The notes beneath the pieces are model-generated. The model had not been told where the DNA came from and did no database searches. It saw only the letters and a program-made list of their open reading frames with translations. From an uncultured Verrucomicrobiae bacterium (GTDB lineage: Bacteria > Verrucomicrobiota > Verrucomicrobiia > Limisphaerales > UBA11358), in contig CAVQPQ010000006.1 in NCBI GenBank assembly GCA_963714695.1, forward strand, positions 321,971 to 385,970: a stretch of DNA of 64,000 nucleotides. Direction: 5' to 3'. Position 1 is the stretch's first letter; every line of letters starts with the position of its first letter. Shown piece after piece: positions 8,731 to 18,417 of the stretch. The translations under genes were made by a program, and so were the position numbers.

Positions 8731-10161
8731 CTATTTCCCGATGCAAAACTGGCTGAAGATGGAGTCGAGCAGGTCTTCCGTCGTCGTTTTGCCGACGATT
8801 TCGCCAACGACGTTGACGGCGATGCGCAATTCCCCCGCCGCCAGTTCCAATGTCTCATCGGCACGCAACACCTCCAGCGTCCGTTGTGTGGCCGCGCAGG
8901 CGCGGGTGAGCGCATCCTGATGTCGCGAGTTGATCATTACCTGCAACATCTCCGCCCTGATTTCGCCCGACCATACCAATTCCTTGATGGCGTCCTTCAA
9001 CGCCTCAATCCCCTGCCCGCTCAAGCAGCAAACCTCCATGATCGGAGCGCCGAGCACCAGATCGGCTCGTCCAGCAGCATCCGGAGATTCGTGCCGGGAC
9101 GGTGCCCGGCGCTCCAAAGCCAATTCCAGTTTCCTCGGCAAATCCATTTTGTTGACAACCAGAATCCGTTTCTTGCCGGCGAACTCGGCGAAATACTTTT
9201 CATCGGCGGGCGTAAGCGGTTCGCTGGCGTCGAGCACGTGCAAAATGAATTCGGCCCGGGCCAGCGACTCGCGGCTGCGGCGCACGCCTTCCTGCTCAAT
9301 TTCATCGCCCGCTTCGCGCAAACCCGCCGTGTCAATGAACACCACCGGCAGGCCGCGGATGTTCGCTGTTTCCTCAATCGTGTCGCGCGTCGTGCCCGCA
9401 ATCGGCGAGACGATGGCGCGGTCGTGGCCGAGCAATTGGTTGAGCAGGCTGGATTTGCCCGCATTGGGCCGGCCCACGATGGCCGCACGGATGCCGCGTC
9501 GGAGAATTTGCCCTTCATTGGCCGTGCGCAATAGTTCATCCATGAACGCGACACCATGTTCCAGCCGTTTGAGCAGTTGCTCCTTCGTGTCAGGCGAAAT
9601 GTCCTCGTCGGGAAAATCAATGTGCGCCTCGACGTGCGCTAGCGTCTGCATCATCTCATCGCGCAAGGCGTTGATGCGCTGTGACAGTTTGCCGGCAAGC
9701 TGTTCGTTGGCAGCGGCGAGCGCGAGTTCCGTGCGCGAATGAATCAAATCCGCAACGGCCTCAGCCTGCGCAAGATCAATGCGTCCATTGAGAAAGGCGC
9801 GGCGGGTGAATTCGCCGGGCTCGGCCAGGTGCGCGCCGTTTTCCAAAAGCGTGTCAAGCACGAGCTTGGCGGGCAAAAGGCCGCCGTGACAGGTGATTTC
9901 CACCGTATCCTCGCGCGTGAACGTGCGCGGCGCTCGCAGGACGGCCAGCAACACTTCCTCCACGCTCCGGCCCTGCCGTACGATTTTGCCGAATTGAATC
10001 GTGTGCGTAGGCGCGGCGGATGGTTTCAACGAATTTTTGCCGACCGGCAGAAAACTTTTATCTGCAATGGCGAGCGCCTGCGGCCCTGAAAGGCGGACGA
10101 CGGCCAGCCCGCCTTCGCCAAGTGGCGTGGCAATTGCGGCAATGGTGTCTTCGAGAATCAT
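8731..10161 (-). CDS. mnmE: tRNA modification GTPase MnmE (TrmE)
   Basis: 476 aa, G-domain motifs (GRPNAGKSSL, DTAG, NKMD) and the characteristic C-terminal CIGK. Confidence 0.95.
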   Translation of the reverse strand: MILEDTIAAIATPLGEGGLAVVRLSGPQALAIADKSFLPVGKNSLKPSAAPTHTIQFGKIVRQGRSVEEVLLAVLRAPRTFTREDTVEITCHGGLLPAKLVLDTLLENGAHLAEPGEFTRRAFLNGRIDLAQAEAVADLIHSRTELALAAANEQLAGKLSQRINALRDEMMQTLAHVEAHIDFPDEDISPDTKEQLLKRLEHGVAFMDELLRTANEGQILRRGIRAAIVGRPNAGKSSLLNQLLGHDRAIVSPIAGTTRDTIEETANIRGLPVVFIDTAGLREAGDEIEQEGVRRSRESLARAEFILHVLDASEPLTPADEKYFAEFAGKKRILVVNKMDLPRKLELALERRAPSRHESPDAAGRADLVLGAPIMEVCCLSGQGIEALKDAIKELVWSGEIRAEMLQVMINSRHQDALTRACAATQRTLEVLRADETLELAAGELRIAVNVVGEIVGKTTTEDLLDSIFSQFCIGK

Positions 10162-10175
10162 CGGCCAAGAGTCTC

Positions 10176-10207
10176 ACGCAAAGTCGCAAAGACGCAAAGA
10201 TTGAAGT
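10176..10207. repeat. tandem octamer array
   Basis: ACGCAAAG TCGCAAAG ACGCAAAG ATTGAAGT, in the 45-nt gap upstream of the mnmE start. Confidence 0.7.
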
Positions 10208-10593
10208 TAGCGAGCCCACTGGGGCGCTCGATCTTGTTTGTCCATCCATTGAAAATCAACGAATCCATTTGAAGCTGTTAAATGATAATATGTTTTTACA
10301 GGACATGGTATTGATTCAACAAAATTAGTCAGGAAACGAATGTCATCTTCAGTTTGAACATCGCCCACTACGGAAAAGCATCCGCCGGAATCGGTGTATT
10401 GTCCAAATTTGACCTTCTGAAATCTTGTATCATCCTTGAGTTTTTCGCGCAATATTTTCGCTTGATTCTCGGCGAGCCTCAAATTGTGATATTGGTGCGT
10501 TGCCATCGGCCAATATACAAAAATGTAAAGTAGCGCGACGATGTCAATTACGAAGACAGCCTTTATCGGTTTTATTGGCGTCGTTTTAATCAT
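10207..10593 (-). CDS. hypothetical protein with N-terminal TM helix
   Basis: 128-aa ORF, markedly AT-rich relative to its surroundings. No recognisable domain. Confidence 0.4.
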   Translation of the reverse strand: MIKTTPIKPIKAVFVIDIVALLYIFVYWPMATHQYHNLRLAENQAKILREKLKDDTRFQKVKFGQYTDSGGCFSVVGDVQTEDDIRFLTNFVESIPCPVKTYYHLTASNGFVDFQWMDKQDRAPQWAR

Positions 10594-10784
10594 CTATTTT
10601 CAAACAAGCCAACAGTTGTCGGCCTGATTTTAGGCTTCACGGCCCTGTACATACAACCGCGCCTTTTCGTAACATTTCTCATGCAGATAATGCGGCAGTC
10701 CCGAGTCGGTGTCCAGCGGCAGTTGTTTCTTCCCCCCGTAAAATCCGCTTTCGCCGGCGGGGCGCGCGTGTTTAACTCGCCGGG

Positions 10785-11117
10785 ATGAACGTGGAGAACG
10801 TGGACCTTGGCATCTGGAGCAAGCTGACGAAAGTGGTCGTCGGCCTGGTCGTGCTGGCCATTTTGCTGCTCATGGGAATGTGTTATCTGCCGCTGATTCA
10901 ACAAAACGAGCGGATGCGGCGGGAAATTTTTCGGCTCGACGTCCAGCTCCAAAACGAAGAGGCGAAATCCAAACAGCTCAAGGCCGAGATTGACGCCCTG
11001 CGAAACGATCCGAAAACCGTTGAACGTTTGATGCGCGAAAAACTCGGTTACGCCAAGCCGGATGAAACGGTGGTGCGGTTTGAACCGGCCACAACAAACG
11101 CACCGGTACGGCAATAG
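10785..11117 (+). CDS. septum formation initiator family protein (FtsB/DivIC-like)
   Basis: 110 aa. One TM helix followed by a coiled coil and the typical ERLMREKLGYAKPDE tail. Confidence 0.7.
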   Translation: MNVENVDLGIWSKLTKVVVGLVVLAILLLMGMCYLPLIQQNERMRREIFRLDVQLQNEEAKSKQLKAEIDALRNDPKTVERLMREKLGYAKPDETVVRFEPATTNAPVRQ

Positions 11118-11129
11118 AATTTCCTGAGC

Positions 11130-11189
11130 GTAGGAGCCGACATAAGGAGGCTCTGACTTGAATTTGAGTCTCGTTACCTCGACTCCTAC
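11130..11189. repeat. palindromic element, family C
   Basis: GTAGGAGCCGACATAAGGAGGCTC ... GAGTCTCGTTACCTCGACTCCTAC. Related copies at 15130-15192 and 32247-32323. Lies between the convergent ftsB-like and frr genes. Confidence 0.8.
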
Positions 11190-11198
11190 AAAATCCGC

Positions 11199-11759
11199 TC
11201 AGACCGTCATGATTTCTTTTTCCTTGTGGGCCAGGTGCTGGTCAATCTTGGCGCTGTATTGATCGGTCAGCTTCTGCAAATCCTTCTCCGCCTGTTTTTC
11301 CTGGTCCTCGGTGATGCCGCTGTCGTGCGCGTGTTTTTTCAGCAGTTCCATCGCGTCGCGGCGCACGTGACGAACCGCCACGCGCCCGTCCTCGGCCATT
11401 TTCTTGGTAATCTTTACAAACTCCTGCCGCCGTTCCGTGCTCAATTCCGGAAACGCGATGCGGATGATTTTGCCCTGCACCGCCGGGTTCAGGCCGAGAT
11501 TCGCCTTTTGAATCGCCTTCTCGATCGGATGCGTCGAGTTGGCGTCCCACGGTTGGATGACCAGTTGCCGCGGCTCCGGCGTGGTGATGCCGGCCAGTTC
11601 GCGGATGCGCATCTGCGAGCCATAAACCTCCACGATGATGTTCTCGACCAGCGCCGCAGACGCCTTGCCGGTGCGCACGCCGGCGAACTCGTTCACGACC
11701 ACCTGCTCGGTCTTGATCATTTTCTCCTCTGCCTCCAATAAAATATCGTCGGGTGTCAT
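11199..11759 (-). CDS. frr: ribosome recycling factor
   Basis: 186 aa, typical Frr sequence throughout. Confidence 0.95.
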   Translation of the reverse strand: MTPDDILLEAEEKMIKTEQVVVNEFAGVRTGKASAALVENIIVEVYGSQMRIRELAGITTPEPRQLVIQPWDANSTHPIEKAIQKANLGLNPAVQGKIIRIAFPELSTERRQEFVKITKKMAEDGRVAVRHVRRDAMELLKKHAHDSGITEDQEKQAEKDLQKLTDQYSAKIDQHLAHKEKEIMTV

Positions 11760-11938
11760 AGTGTGAGCAGGTTAACAAGGCGAATGCGCGTGTCGAATGA
11801 AAATTGAGGCGTTTCGACGTTTCCATGGGAATCCGAAGGCGTCGCCGACAATGTGCCGAAGGGAAATGACGAATACCGAAATCCCTCCGGTTCGATGATG
11901 TCGGAGACTCGACGCTACCACCGTCCGTTGCTAACCTG

Positions 11939-13636
11939 TTGGCCGTGGCGGACATCGTTTTAACCACGCTCAACGCGAAATACATCCACGCCGCATTCGG
12001 CCTGCGCTACCTGCTGGCCAATCTTGGCGACCTGCAACCGCGTGCTTGCCTTGTCGAATTCGACATCAACCAACGTCCGCTCGACATCGTGGAAGTGCTG
12101 CTGGCACGTGATCCCAAAATCATCGGCTTTGGCGTTTACATCTGGAACGTCGAGCCAACTGCCGAGATCATCGCCGCCATCAAACGCGTCCGGCCGGACA
12201 TCAAAATCATCCTCGGTGGGCCGGAGGTCAGCTACGAAATCGAGGAACAACAAATCGTTCAACTCGCCGACCACGTCATCACCGGTGAGGCGGATTTGAA
12301 GTTCGCGGAGGTATGCCGGACGCTATTGGAGCACCAGCCTACGGCACGGCTGCTTGAAAACGCTGGAGTTCGAGCTTCAGCTCGTTCGGATGGCACACTA
12401 AAGTGCGAACTCCAACACGCCGGGTCGGAGACCGGCGCTCCGCTGCCCAAAATCATCCCCGCCGAACTGCCTGACTTTTCCAAAATCGTTCTCCCCTACG
12501 ACCTTTACACCGATGACGACATCGCGCACCGCATCATCTATGTCGAGGCGTCGCGTGGGTGTCCGTTCACGTGCGAGTTTTGCCTGTCGTCGCTAGACAT
12601 TCCGGTGCGGCAGGTTCCCCTGCCCGCTTTGCTCGAACAATTGCAGCGGCTGCTGAATCGCGGGGTGAAACAATTCAAATTCGTTGACCGCACATTCAAC
12701 CTCAACGTGGATATCAGCAAAACCATTCTCGAATTCTTTCTGGCGCGCCATCAGCCCGGCCATTTCTTCCATTTCGAAATGATTCCCGACCGGCTGCCGG
12801 AAGCGTTGCGCGAAACCATCGCCAAATTCCAGCCGGGCGCGCTGCAATTCGAGGTGGGCGTCCAGACGTTCAACGAAGAAGTCAGCGAGGCCATCAAACG
12901 CCGGCAGAATTATGAACGGTTGGAGGATAATTTTTATTTTCTGCGCCACGAGACTGGCGTCCACATCCACACCGATTTGATTGTCGGGCTGCCGGGCGAA
13001 ACGCTGGAGAGTTTCGCCGCCGGATTCGATCGGCTGGTTGCGCTCGGCCCCCAGGAAATCCAAGTGGGCATTTTGAAACGGCTGCGCGGCACGCCGATTA
13101 TCCGGCACGATGCCGACTGGCAGATGGTCTATAATCTGCAGCCGCCCTACGATGTTTTGCAAAACAAGCTGATTGATTTCGCAACCATGCAACGGCTACG
13201 CCGGTTTGCTCGCTATTGGGACATGGTCGGCAACAGCGGCAATTTTGTAGAGTCCACACAATTGATTTGGTCCGTAGGACGGACGTCGCGCCTGTCTCCA
13301 TCTAAACCTGAAAAGAATGAGACCGGCAAGATGCCTGGCCCACGTTCCCCCTTCCACGTCTTTCTGCATTTCAGCGACTGGCTGCACGCACGCACGCGCC
13401 GCACTGACAGCTTTGCGCTGGTGCGGCTGATGGAACTGCTCTTTGAATATCTGACCGGCGAGCTGAAGCTGGACGCGAAACCGGTGGCCGAAACCCTCTG
13501 GCGCGATTACCAGCGCGGCGGCCGCCACGACAAACCAACTTTCCTGAAGGATTTTCTACCCACGGAAGAAAAAGTGATCCCGCTGCGCAAAGCCAAAACC
13601 GCCCTGCCCAAGCGCCAGGCCCGACATTTGTTGTGA
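11939..13636 (+). CDS. B12-binding-domain radical SAM protein (DUF4080-type)
   Basis: N-terminal B12-binding-like domain and the CxxxCxxC motif (CPFTCEFC). Contains in-frame elements at 12364-12414 and 13275-13343. Start is TTG 11939 or GTG 11945. Confidence 0.85.
   Translation: MAVADIVLTTLNAKYIHAAFGLRYLLANLGDLQPRACLVEFDINQRPLDIVEVLLARDPKIIGFGVYIWNVEPTAEIIAAIKRVRPDIKIILGGPEVSYEIEEQQIVQLADHVITGEADLKFAEVCRTLLEHQPTARLLENAGVRASARSDGTLKCELQHAGSETGAPLPKIIPAELPDFSKIVLPYDLYTDDDIAHRIIYVEASRGCPFTCEFCLSSLDIPVRQVPLPALLEQLQRLLNRGVKQFKFVDRTFNLNVDISKTILEFFLARHQPGHFFHFEMIPDRLPEALRETIAKFQPGALQFEVGVQTFNEEVSEAIKRRQNYERLEDNFYFLRHETGVHIHTDLIVGLPGETLESFAAGFDRLVALGPQEIQVGILKRLRGTPIIRHDADWQMVYNLQPPYDVLQNKLIDFATMQRLRRFARYWDMVGNSGNFVESTQLIWSVGRTSRLSPSKPEKNETGKMPGPRSPFHVFLHFSDWLHARTRRTDSFALVRLMELLFEYLTGELKLDAKPVAETLWRDYQRGGRHDKPTFLKDFLPTEEKVIPLRKAKTALPKRQARHLL
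12364..12414 (+). repeat. palindromic element, family A, in frame in the radical SAM gene
   Basis: TGGAGTTCG...CGAACTCCA termini. Translated as [17 protein letters not shown]. Copies at 28392-28441 and 47858-47908. Confidence 0.85.
13275..13343 (+). repeat. palindromic element, family B, in frame in the radical SAM gene
   Basis: GTAGGACGGACGTCGCGCCTGTCTCCATCT...GAGACCGGCAAGATGCCTGGCCCAC. Translated as [23 protein letters not shown]. Same frame and orientation as the copy at 30022-30089. Confidence 0.8.
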
Positions 13637-13669
13637 AATGAATCCGCGTTCATCTGCGTAATCTGCGGC

Positions 13670-15532
13670 TTATTTTAGCAATTCTTTTTCCGTTTCTTCG
13701 TTCATCAACTTGTGTCTTGCCCGGAGCACGGCCAGGCCCACCACCGGCGGATACGCCTGGTCCGATTTCATCCGCGGCTCGATGTATTCGAGCACTTCAA
13801 ACAGCAGGTCGTTCGCTGTCTCGTAAGTCAGGCTGGTGCGCTGGGCGATGTAACGCGTCGCCCGGTCAATCAGCTTGAGGTTCGACGGCACGACCCAAAC
13901 CATGAAGTTGCCCATCACCCGCCCCAGCCGCACCATGGTGCAGGTCGAAAGTGCGTTCATCACCAGCTTCACCGCCACGCGCGTCACGCCGTCCAGAAGA
14001 AAATCCGTCTCCGGAACGGGAACGAAAACCATTGCGGATTTTGAAGATGGAACCTCCTCTCGTCGGCTGCTATAAAAATAAATCATGCCGACTTTTGCTC
14101 CGGCTTTTTGCGCGGCTTTGAATTGATCGGGGTAAAATTCGGCCGAGGTGATGCCAATTGCACAGTCGCCTTTAACCGGCGGACGAAATTTCAAGCCATC
14201 CAGACCGATTTTGAATTGCATCAGTTCCGCCTGCCTGATTTTGCGGATGGTTGCGAGTGTTTGCGACAACTTGTCCTTACCAACCAACTCCCCAACCTCC
14301 ATCGCATTCCAAGCAAGGCAGCAGGGTGCGCGCTTCAACAGGTATCGCCAGGCGGCGGGTGTTTCTTTCCGCGGCAAAAACAGGAACGCCCACGATTCTG
14401 CCGCAGTTGAGTCGCCGGCCTTGCGAAACGGCGGTGTGCAAAAAGTCGGCGAACGTTCCGTCGTATCCGTCAACACATCAAGGCCGAACCGGTCGGCAAA
14501 ATAATTCACCTTGTGACCGGCGCGATAGGCCGATTCCTCCAGCGCAACGAGTTTGGCCAGTTGCGCGAGCAAATCCGGCGATTTCAGAGCTGAGTGCAGT
14601 TCTTCCAGTTTGGCGAGGAATTGCACGGGAACATCCTTTGGAGTACGGTGACACGTCACCGCTTTTGAACCCGGCGTCATGACGCCGCAGTCCAAAATCA
14701 GCTCTTGCACCACCATTTCCAAAATGGTCAGCAGGACGCAAAGCTGGATTGAAGTGGCCTGCATCCGCGTCGAACCGGCAATGGCCATCGGGCCGGTCGT
14801 CAGATTGATTTTTTCGACGTGCGGGTCTTCGATGATTTCTCGGCTGCGTTCAACGTGCTGGCAAAGGATGTCGTCCGGGTTGTTATAGACGAAATAAACC
14901 TTCGCGCCCGAGTCCACGCCTTCCCACGCCGTACCGATGACGAAGGAGGTTTCGCCGCCTTCGGTGATGGCGAACACCACGTCACCCGGACGCACACCAC
15001 GGTCGCGAAGTTGTTTGCGCCCGAACGCGGCGAAATCTTCAAAGCCCTCGACCGATTTGATGAGCGCGTAATCACCGCCGGCCATCACGCTGAACGTGCG
15101 GTTTTCAAAATCTTCCGTATTTTTTTTGAAGGAGACGACGTAAGGAGTCTCTGTTTTTGTTCCAATTTGAGACTCACTACCTCGTCTCCTACTTTGCCGC
15201 CAGAAATCGCGCCAGACGGAATCAAGCAGTATGCTCAGGCGTCCGGTGGCGCCGCAGCCGGTAAAGAAAATCCGCCCGCCGTTTTTCAGCGAACGCAAAA
15301 CCGTTTCCTTGATTTCACCCGCCCGGCCCGATTCGACGAATTCGCGGTATTTGCGGATGACGTCGGCGTCCACGTCGAAAAGCAACCTGAGCGCGGCAGC
15401 GATGTCTTGTTTGGCCACGTCGCTCAGATTGGCCGTCACGGGATGCGACGCTTCGGTGACCAGCGCGCCCAGTTTGAACTGACCGCTGATTTTAAGAAAT
15501 TCTTCCGCACGTTTCCGGGAACCTTCGCTCAT
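13670..15532 (-). CDS. double SIS-domain protein, glucokinase-regulator / MurNAc-6-P etherase-like family
   Basis: 620 aa. N-terminal region with GRIFFTGCGATGRL is typical of MurQ/GCKR SIS domains. Carries in-frame elements at 14637-14696 and 15130-15192. Confidence 0.65.
   Translation of the reverse strand: MSEGSRKRAEEFLKISGQFKLGALVTEASHPVTANLSDVAKQDIAAALRLLFDVDADVIRKYREFVESGRAGEIKETVLRSLKNGGRIFFTGCGATGRLSILLDSVWRDFWRQSRRRGSESQIGTKTETPYVVSFKKNTEDFENRTFSVMAGGDYALIKSVEGFEDFAAFGRKQLRDRGVRPGDVVFAITEGGETSFVIGTAWEGVDSGAKVYFVYNNPDDILCQHVERSREIIEDPHVEKINLTTGPMAIAGSTRMQATSIQLCVLLTILEMVVQELILDCGVMTPGSKAVTCHRTPKDVPVQFLAKLEELHSALKSPDLLAQLAKLVALEESAYRAGHKVNYFADRFGLDVLTDTTERSPTFCTPPFRKAGDSTAAESWAFLFLPRKETPAAWRYLLKRAPCCLAWNAMEVGELVGKDKLSQTLATIRKIRQAELMQFKIGLDGLKFRPPVKGDCAIGITSAEFYPDQFKAAQKAGAKVGMIYFYSSRREEVPSSKSAMVFVPVPETDFLLDGVTRVAVKLVMNALSTCTMVRLGRVMGNFMVWVVPSNLKLIDRATRYIAQRTSLTYETANDLLFEVLEYIEPRMKSDQAYPPVVGLAVLRARHKLMNEETEKELLK
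14637..14696. repeat. palindromic element, family F, in frame in the SIS gene
   Basis: Contains nested palindromes GGTGACACGTCACC and CGGCGTCATGACGCCG between TTTGGAGT / AGTCCAAA ends. Translated on the minus strand as LDCGVMTPGSKAVTCHRTPK. Confidence 0.7.
15130..15192. repeat. palindromic element, family C, in frame in the SIS gene
   Basis: AGGAGACGACGTAAGGAGTCTC ... GAGACTCACTACCTCGTCTCCTAC. Translated on the minus strand as ...GSESQIGTKTETPYVVS... Confidence 0.8.
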
Positions 15533-15595
15533 CGCATTTGAGTTAAAGACATTGTCAACGCGCTGTCACGCCGATAGCTTTAAGCCGGGCCATAT

Positions 15596-18409
15596 ATGAC
15601 ACCCAATCAACAACTGGCCACGTTGAGGGCGGCGGTTTGCAACGTCGCTTTTGACAACCTGACGCGCCAGGCCTACGCCACGGATGCGTCCGTTTACCAG
15701 ATCGAGCCGCTGGCCGTGGCGTTTCCCGGCAGCGCGCACGATGCCAGCGCCATCATCCAGGCGGCGGCGCAGGCAGGTGTATCGGTCATTCCGCGCGGCG
15801 CGGGAACAAGTCTTTCCGGCGGAGCCATCGGCGACGGGGTCGTCGTTGATTTCGCGCGCTACAACCGCAACATTTACGATCTTAACCTGGAACGCAAAAC
15901 CGTCCGGGTCGGCGCGGGCGTGGTGCTGGACCAGTTGAACGATTTTCTTCGTCCGCATAAATTATGTTTTGGCCCGGATGTGGCGACCAGTTCGCGCGCG
16001 ACGCTGGGCGGCATGATTGCCAACGACTCGTCCGGCGCGCACGCGCCGGTTTATGGCACGACGGCGGATCACGTCAGCGTGCTGGAAATTTTAACCAGCG
16101 ACGGGCGCGTCGTGAGAGTCGGTTCCGGCCAGGACTCGCTGCCGAGACAGCGCAACCTGGTGGAAAGTTTGACTTCGCTGAACGAGCTGCAAATTACCGA
16201 GCGCTTTCCGCCGGGCCTCCTGAAACGCTGGCCCGGATACGCACTGGCCCGGGCGATGCGCGAGCCGGGGAATCTGGCTCATGTCATCGCCGGCAGCGAA
16301 GGCACGCTCGCCGCAATCATTTCCGCCGAACTGAAAATTGTCTCCCTGCCGGAGAAGCGTGGGGTGGGATTGTTGTACTTTGCGTCCGTGGCCGAAGCAA
16401 TGCAGGCAACGGTCGAGTTGCTTGACCTGAAACCGGCGGCGATTGAACACATTGATCGTCTGTTGTTGGACCAAACCCGCGGCCAGCTCGAGTTTCAGGC
16501 GGCGCGTGAATTGCTCGAACTCGACACCAAGCCGTGCGAGGCGATTTTAATCGTCGAATTTTTCGAGGATGTTGACGCGCGGCTGGCGCGGCTGGCAAAA
16601 CGCAAATTGGGTTTGCGCATGCGCATTTTGGAAACCCCGGACGAAGCCGTACTCGTATGGTCGCTGCGCAAGACGGGATTGTCGCTTTTGACCGGTTGCA
16701 AGGGCGCCGCCAAACCCGTGACCTTCATCGAAGACGCGGCGGTGCGGCCAAAGGACCTGCCGGCCTACGCCACCGAGCTCCAGAAGATGATGCGGCGGCT
16801 GGGATTGAACGCTTCTTTTTACGGTCACGCCGCGGCGGGACTGCTGCACGTGCGGCCGGTGCTGGATTTGCACAAAGCGGAGGATTTGAAGAAATACCGG
16901 ATGATTGCCGACGAAGTGGCTGCGCTCGTGTTGCAGTTCAAAGGAACGCTGTGCGGCGAACACGGCGTGGGCATTGCGCGCACCGAGTATCTCAAGCAAC
17001 AGGTGGGCGAAGAAGTTTACCAGCTCATGCGGCAAATCAAGCAGTGCTTCGATCCGTTTAATTTGTTTAATCCGGGAAAAATCATCTCCGACGGCCGCTA
17101 TAAAATAGACAGCAACCTGCGCCTGGGCGCCGGCTATTCCCTGAAAGTGCCGTTTGAACCGGTGCTGGCGTTTTCCGCCAAGGACGGGTCGTTCACCGCC
17201 AATCTGGAGCAATGCAACGGCTGCGGCGGCTGCCTCAAACTGACGCCGAGCATGTGCCCCACGTACATGGCCACCGGCGAGGAAATCATGTCCACCCGCG
17301 GACGCGCCAACGCGATTCGCGCCGCGCTGGAGCTGCGCGGCATCAATGGCGACCCGCTCCGGTCGGCGGAACTCGAAATCGCGTTGAGCAATTGTCTGTC
17401 CTGCAAAGCCTGCACCGTGGAATGCCCTTCCAACGTGAACCTGACACTGCTGAAAGCTGAATTACAGCACGCGCGCATCCGCCGGCGTGGATTGACCCTG
17501 CACGAACGGCTGTTCAGTTCCGTGGATCAACTGGGCCGGTTGGGCTGCAAGATGCCGCGCGTGGCCAATGTGTTGTTGAATACTCCGTTTCTGAGCCGCG
17601 TGCTGGGCCTTTCCACCAAACGATGGTTGCCTTATTTCGCGCTGGAGCGGTTCGACCATTGGTTTGCCAAACGTCCGCCTTTTCGGGCGGCCTATCGTGG
17701 CCGCGTCATGCTTTGGGACGATACGTTCGTGCGCTATTACGAACCTCACGTCGGCATGGCTGCCGTCAAGGTGCTCGAAGCCGCGGGCTTTGAAGTTGTG
17801 CTGCCAACGCTGCGCAAGTGTTGCGGACGGCCCGCCTTCAGCCAGGGCAACCTCGACGAAGCCGCGCAACTGGGACGCCATAATCTCGCGCTGCTGAACA
17901 GCGACAAAAGCAACACGCCGATCATTTTTCTCGAACCGTCATGTTACTCGATGTTCGCGCAGGATTATCACGAATTGAAACTGCCGGACGCGGAGCGCGT
18001 GGCCGCCCGCTGTATTTTGTTTGAGCAATTTATCGAGAATTTGTTGAGCGAGCAGCCCAATGCGCTGATTTTCAACGACCATCCCACGCGCCTGATGATT
18101 CATGTGCATTGCCACGCCAAGTCACTCGCCAATTCAGATTACATGTACCAACTGGCCACCCGGATGCCGCAGCGGACGGTGACGATGCTCGAGGCGGGCT
18201 GCTGCGGCATGGCGGGTGCGTTCGGAATGTTGGAATCGAAATACAAACTTTCGGTGAAGGTCGCGGAACCGCTCATTCAAGTCATCCGGAGCCAGCCGTT
18301 CGGGAACATCGTGGTGGCGTCGGGCATAAGCTGCCGCCATCAAATCCAGCACCTCACACCCGTCCGCACACTCCACATGGCGGAAGTGCTGGCCGAGGCG
18401 CTGGTGTAA
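15596..18409 (+). CDS. FAD-linked oxidase fused to a (Fe-S)-binding / CCG-domain module (GlcD-GlcF-like, D-lactate/glycolate oxidase type)
   Basis: 937 aa. N-terminal FAD-binding PCMH domain, two CxxCxxCxxxCP ferredoxin-like motifs and C-terminal cysteine-rich repeats. Confidence 0.85.
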   Translation: MTPNQQLATLRAAVCNVAFDNLTRQAYATDASVYQIEPLAVAFPGSAHDASAIIQAAAQAGVSVIPRGAGTSLSGGAIGDGVVVDFARYNRNIYDLNLERKTVRVGAGVVLDQLNDFLRPHKLCFGPDVATSSRATLGGMIANDSSGAHAPVYGTTADHVSVLEILTSDGRVVRVGSGQDSLPRQRNLVESLTSLNELQITERFPPGLLKRWPGYALARAMREPGNLAHVIAGSEGTLAAIISAELKIVSLPEKRGVGLLYFASVAEAMQATVELLDLKPAAIEHIDRLLLDQTRGQLEFQAARELLELDTKPCEAILIVEFFEDVDARLARLAKRKLGLRMRILETPDEAVLVWSLRKTGLSLLTGCKGAAKPVTFIEDAAVRPKDLPAYATELQKMMRRLGLNASFYGHAAAGLLHVRPVLDLHKAEDLKKYRMIADEVAALVLQFKGTLCGEHGVGIARTEYLKQQVGEEVYQLMRQIKQCFDPFNLFNPGKIISDGRYKIDSNLRLGAGYSLKVPFEPVLAFSAKDGSFTANLEQCNGCGGCLKLTPSMCPTYMATGEEIMSTRGRANAIRAALELRGINGDPLRSAELEIALSNCLSCKACTVECPSNVNLTLLKAELQHARIRRRGLTLHERLFSSVDQLGRLGCKMPRVANVLLNTPFLSRVLGLSTKRWLPYFALERFDHWFAKRPPFRAAYRGRVMLWDDTFVRYYEPHVGMAAVKVLEAAGFEVVLPTLRKCCGRPAFSQGNLDEAAQLGRHNLALLNSDKSNTPIIFLEPSCYSMFAQDYHELKLPDAERVAARCILFEQFIENLLSEQPNALIFNDHPTRLMIHVHCHAKSLANSDYMYQLATRMPQRTVTMLEAGCCGMAGAFGMLESKYKLSVKVAEPLIQVIRSQPFGNIVVASGISCRHQIQHLTPVRTLHMAEVLAEALV

Positions 18410-18417
18410 TCGGCGCG

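Noticed and set aside
11760-11938. Cobalamin riboswitch upstream of the B12-binding radical SAM gene
   Set aside because: No B12 box (GCCACTG-like core) or recognisable conserved stems in the 180-nt leader.
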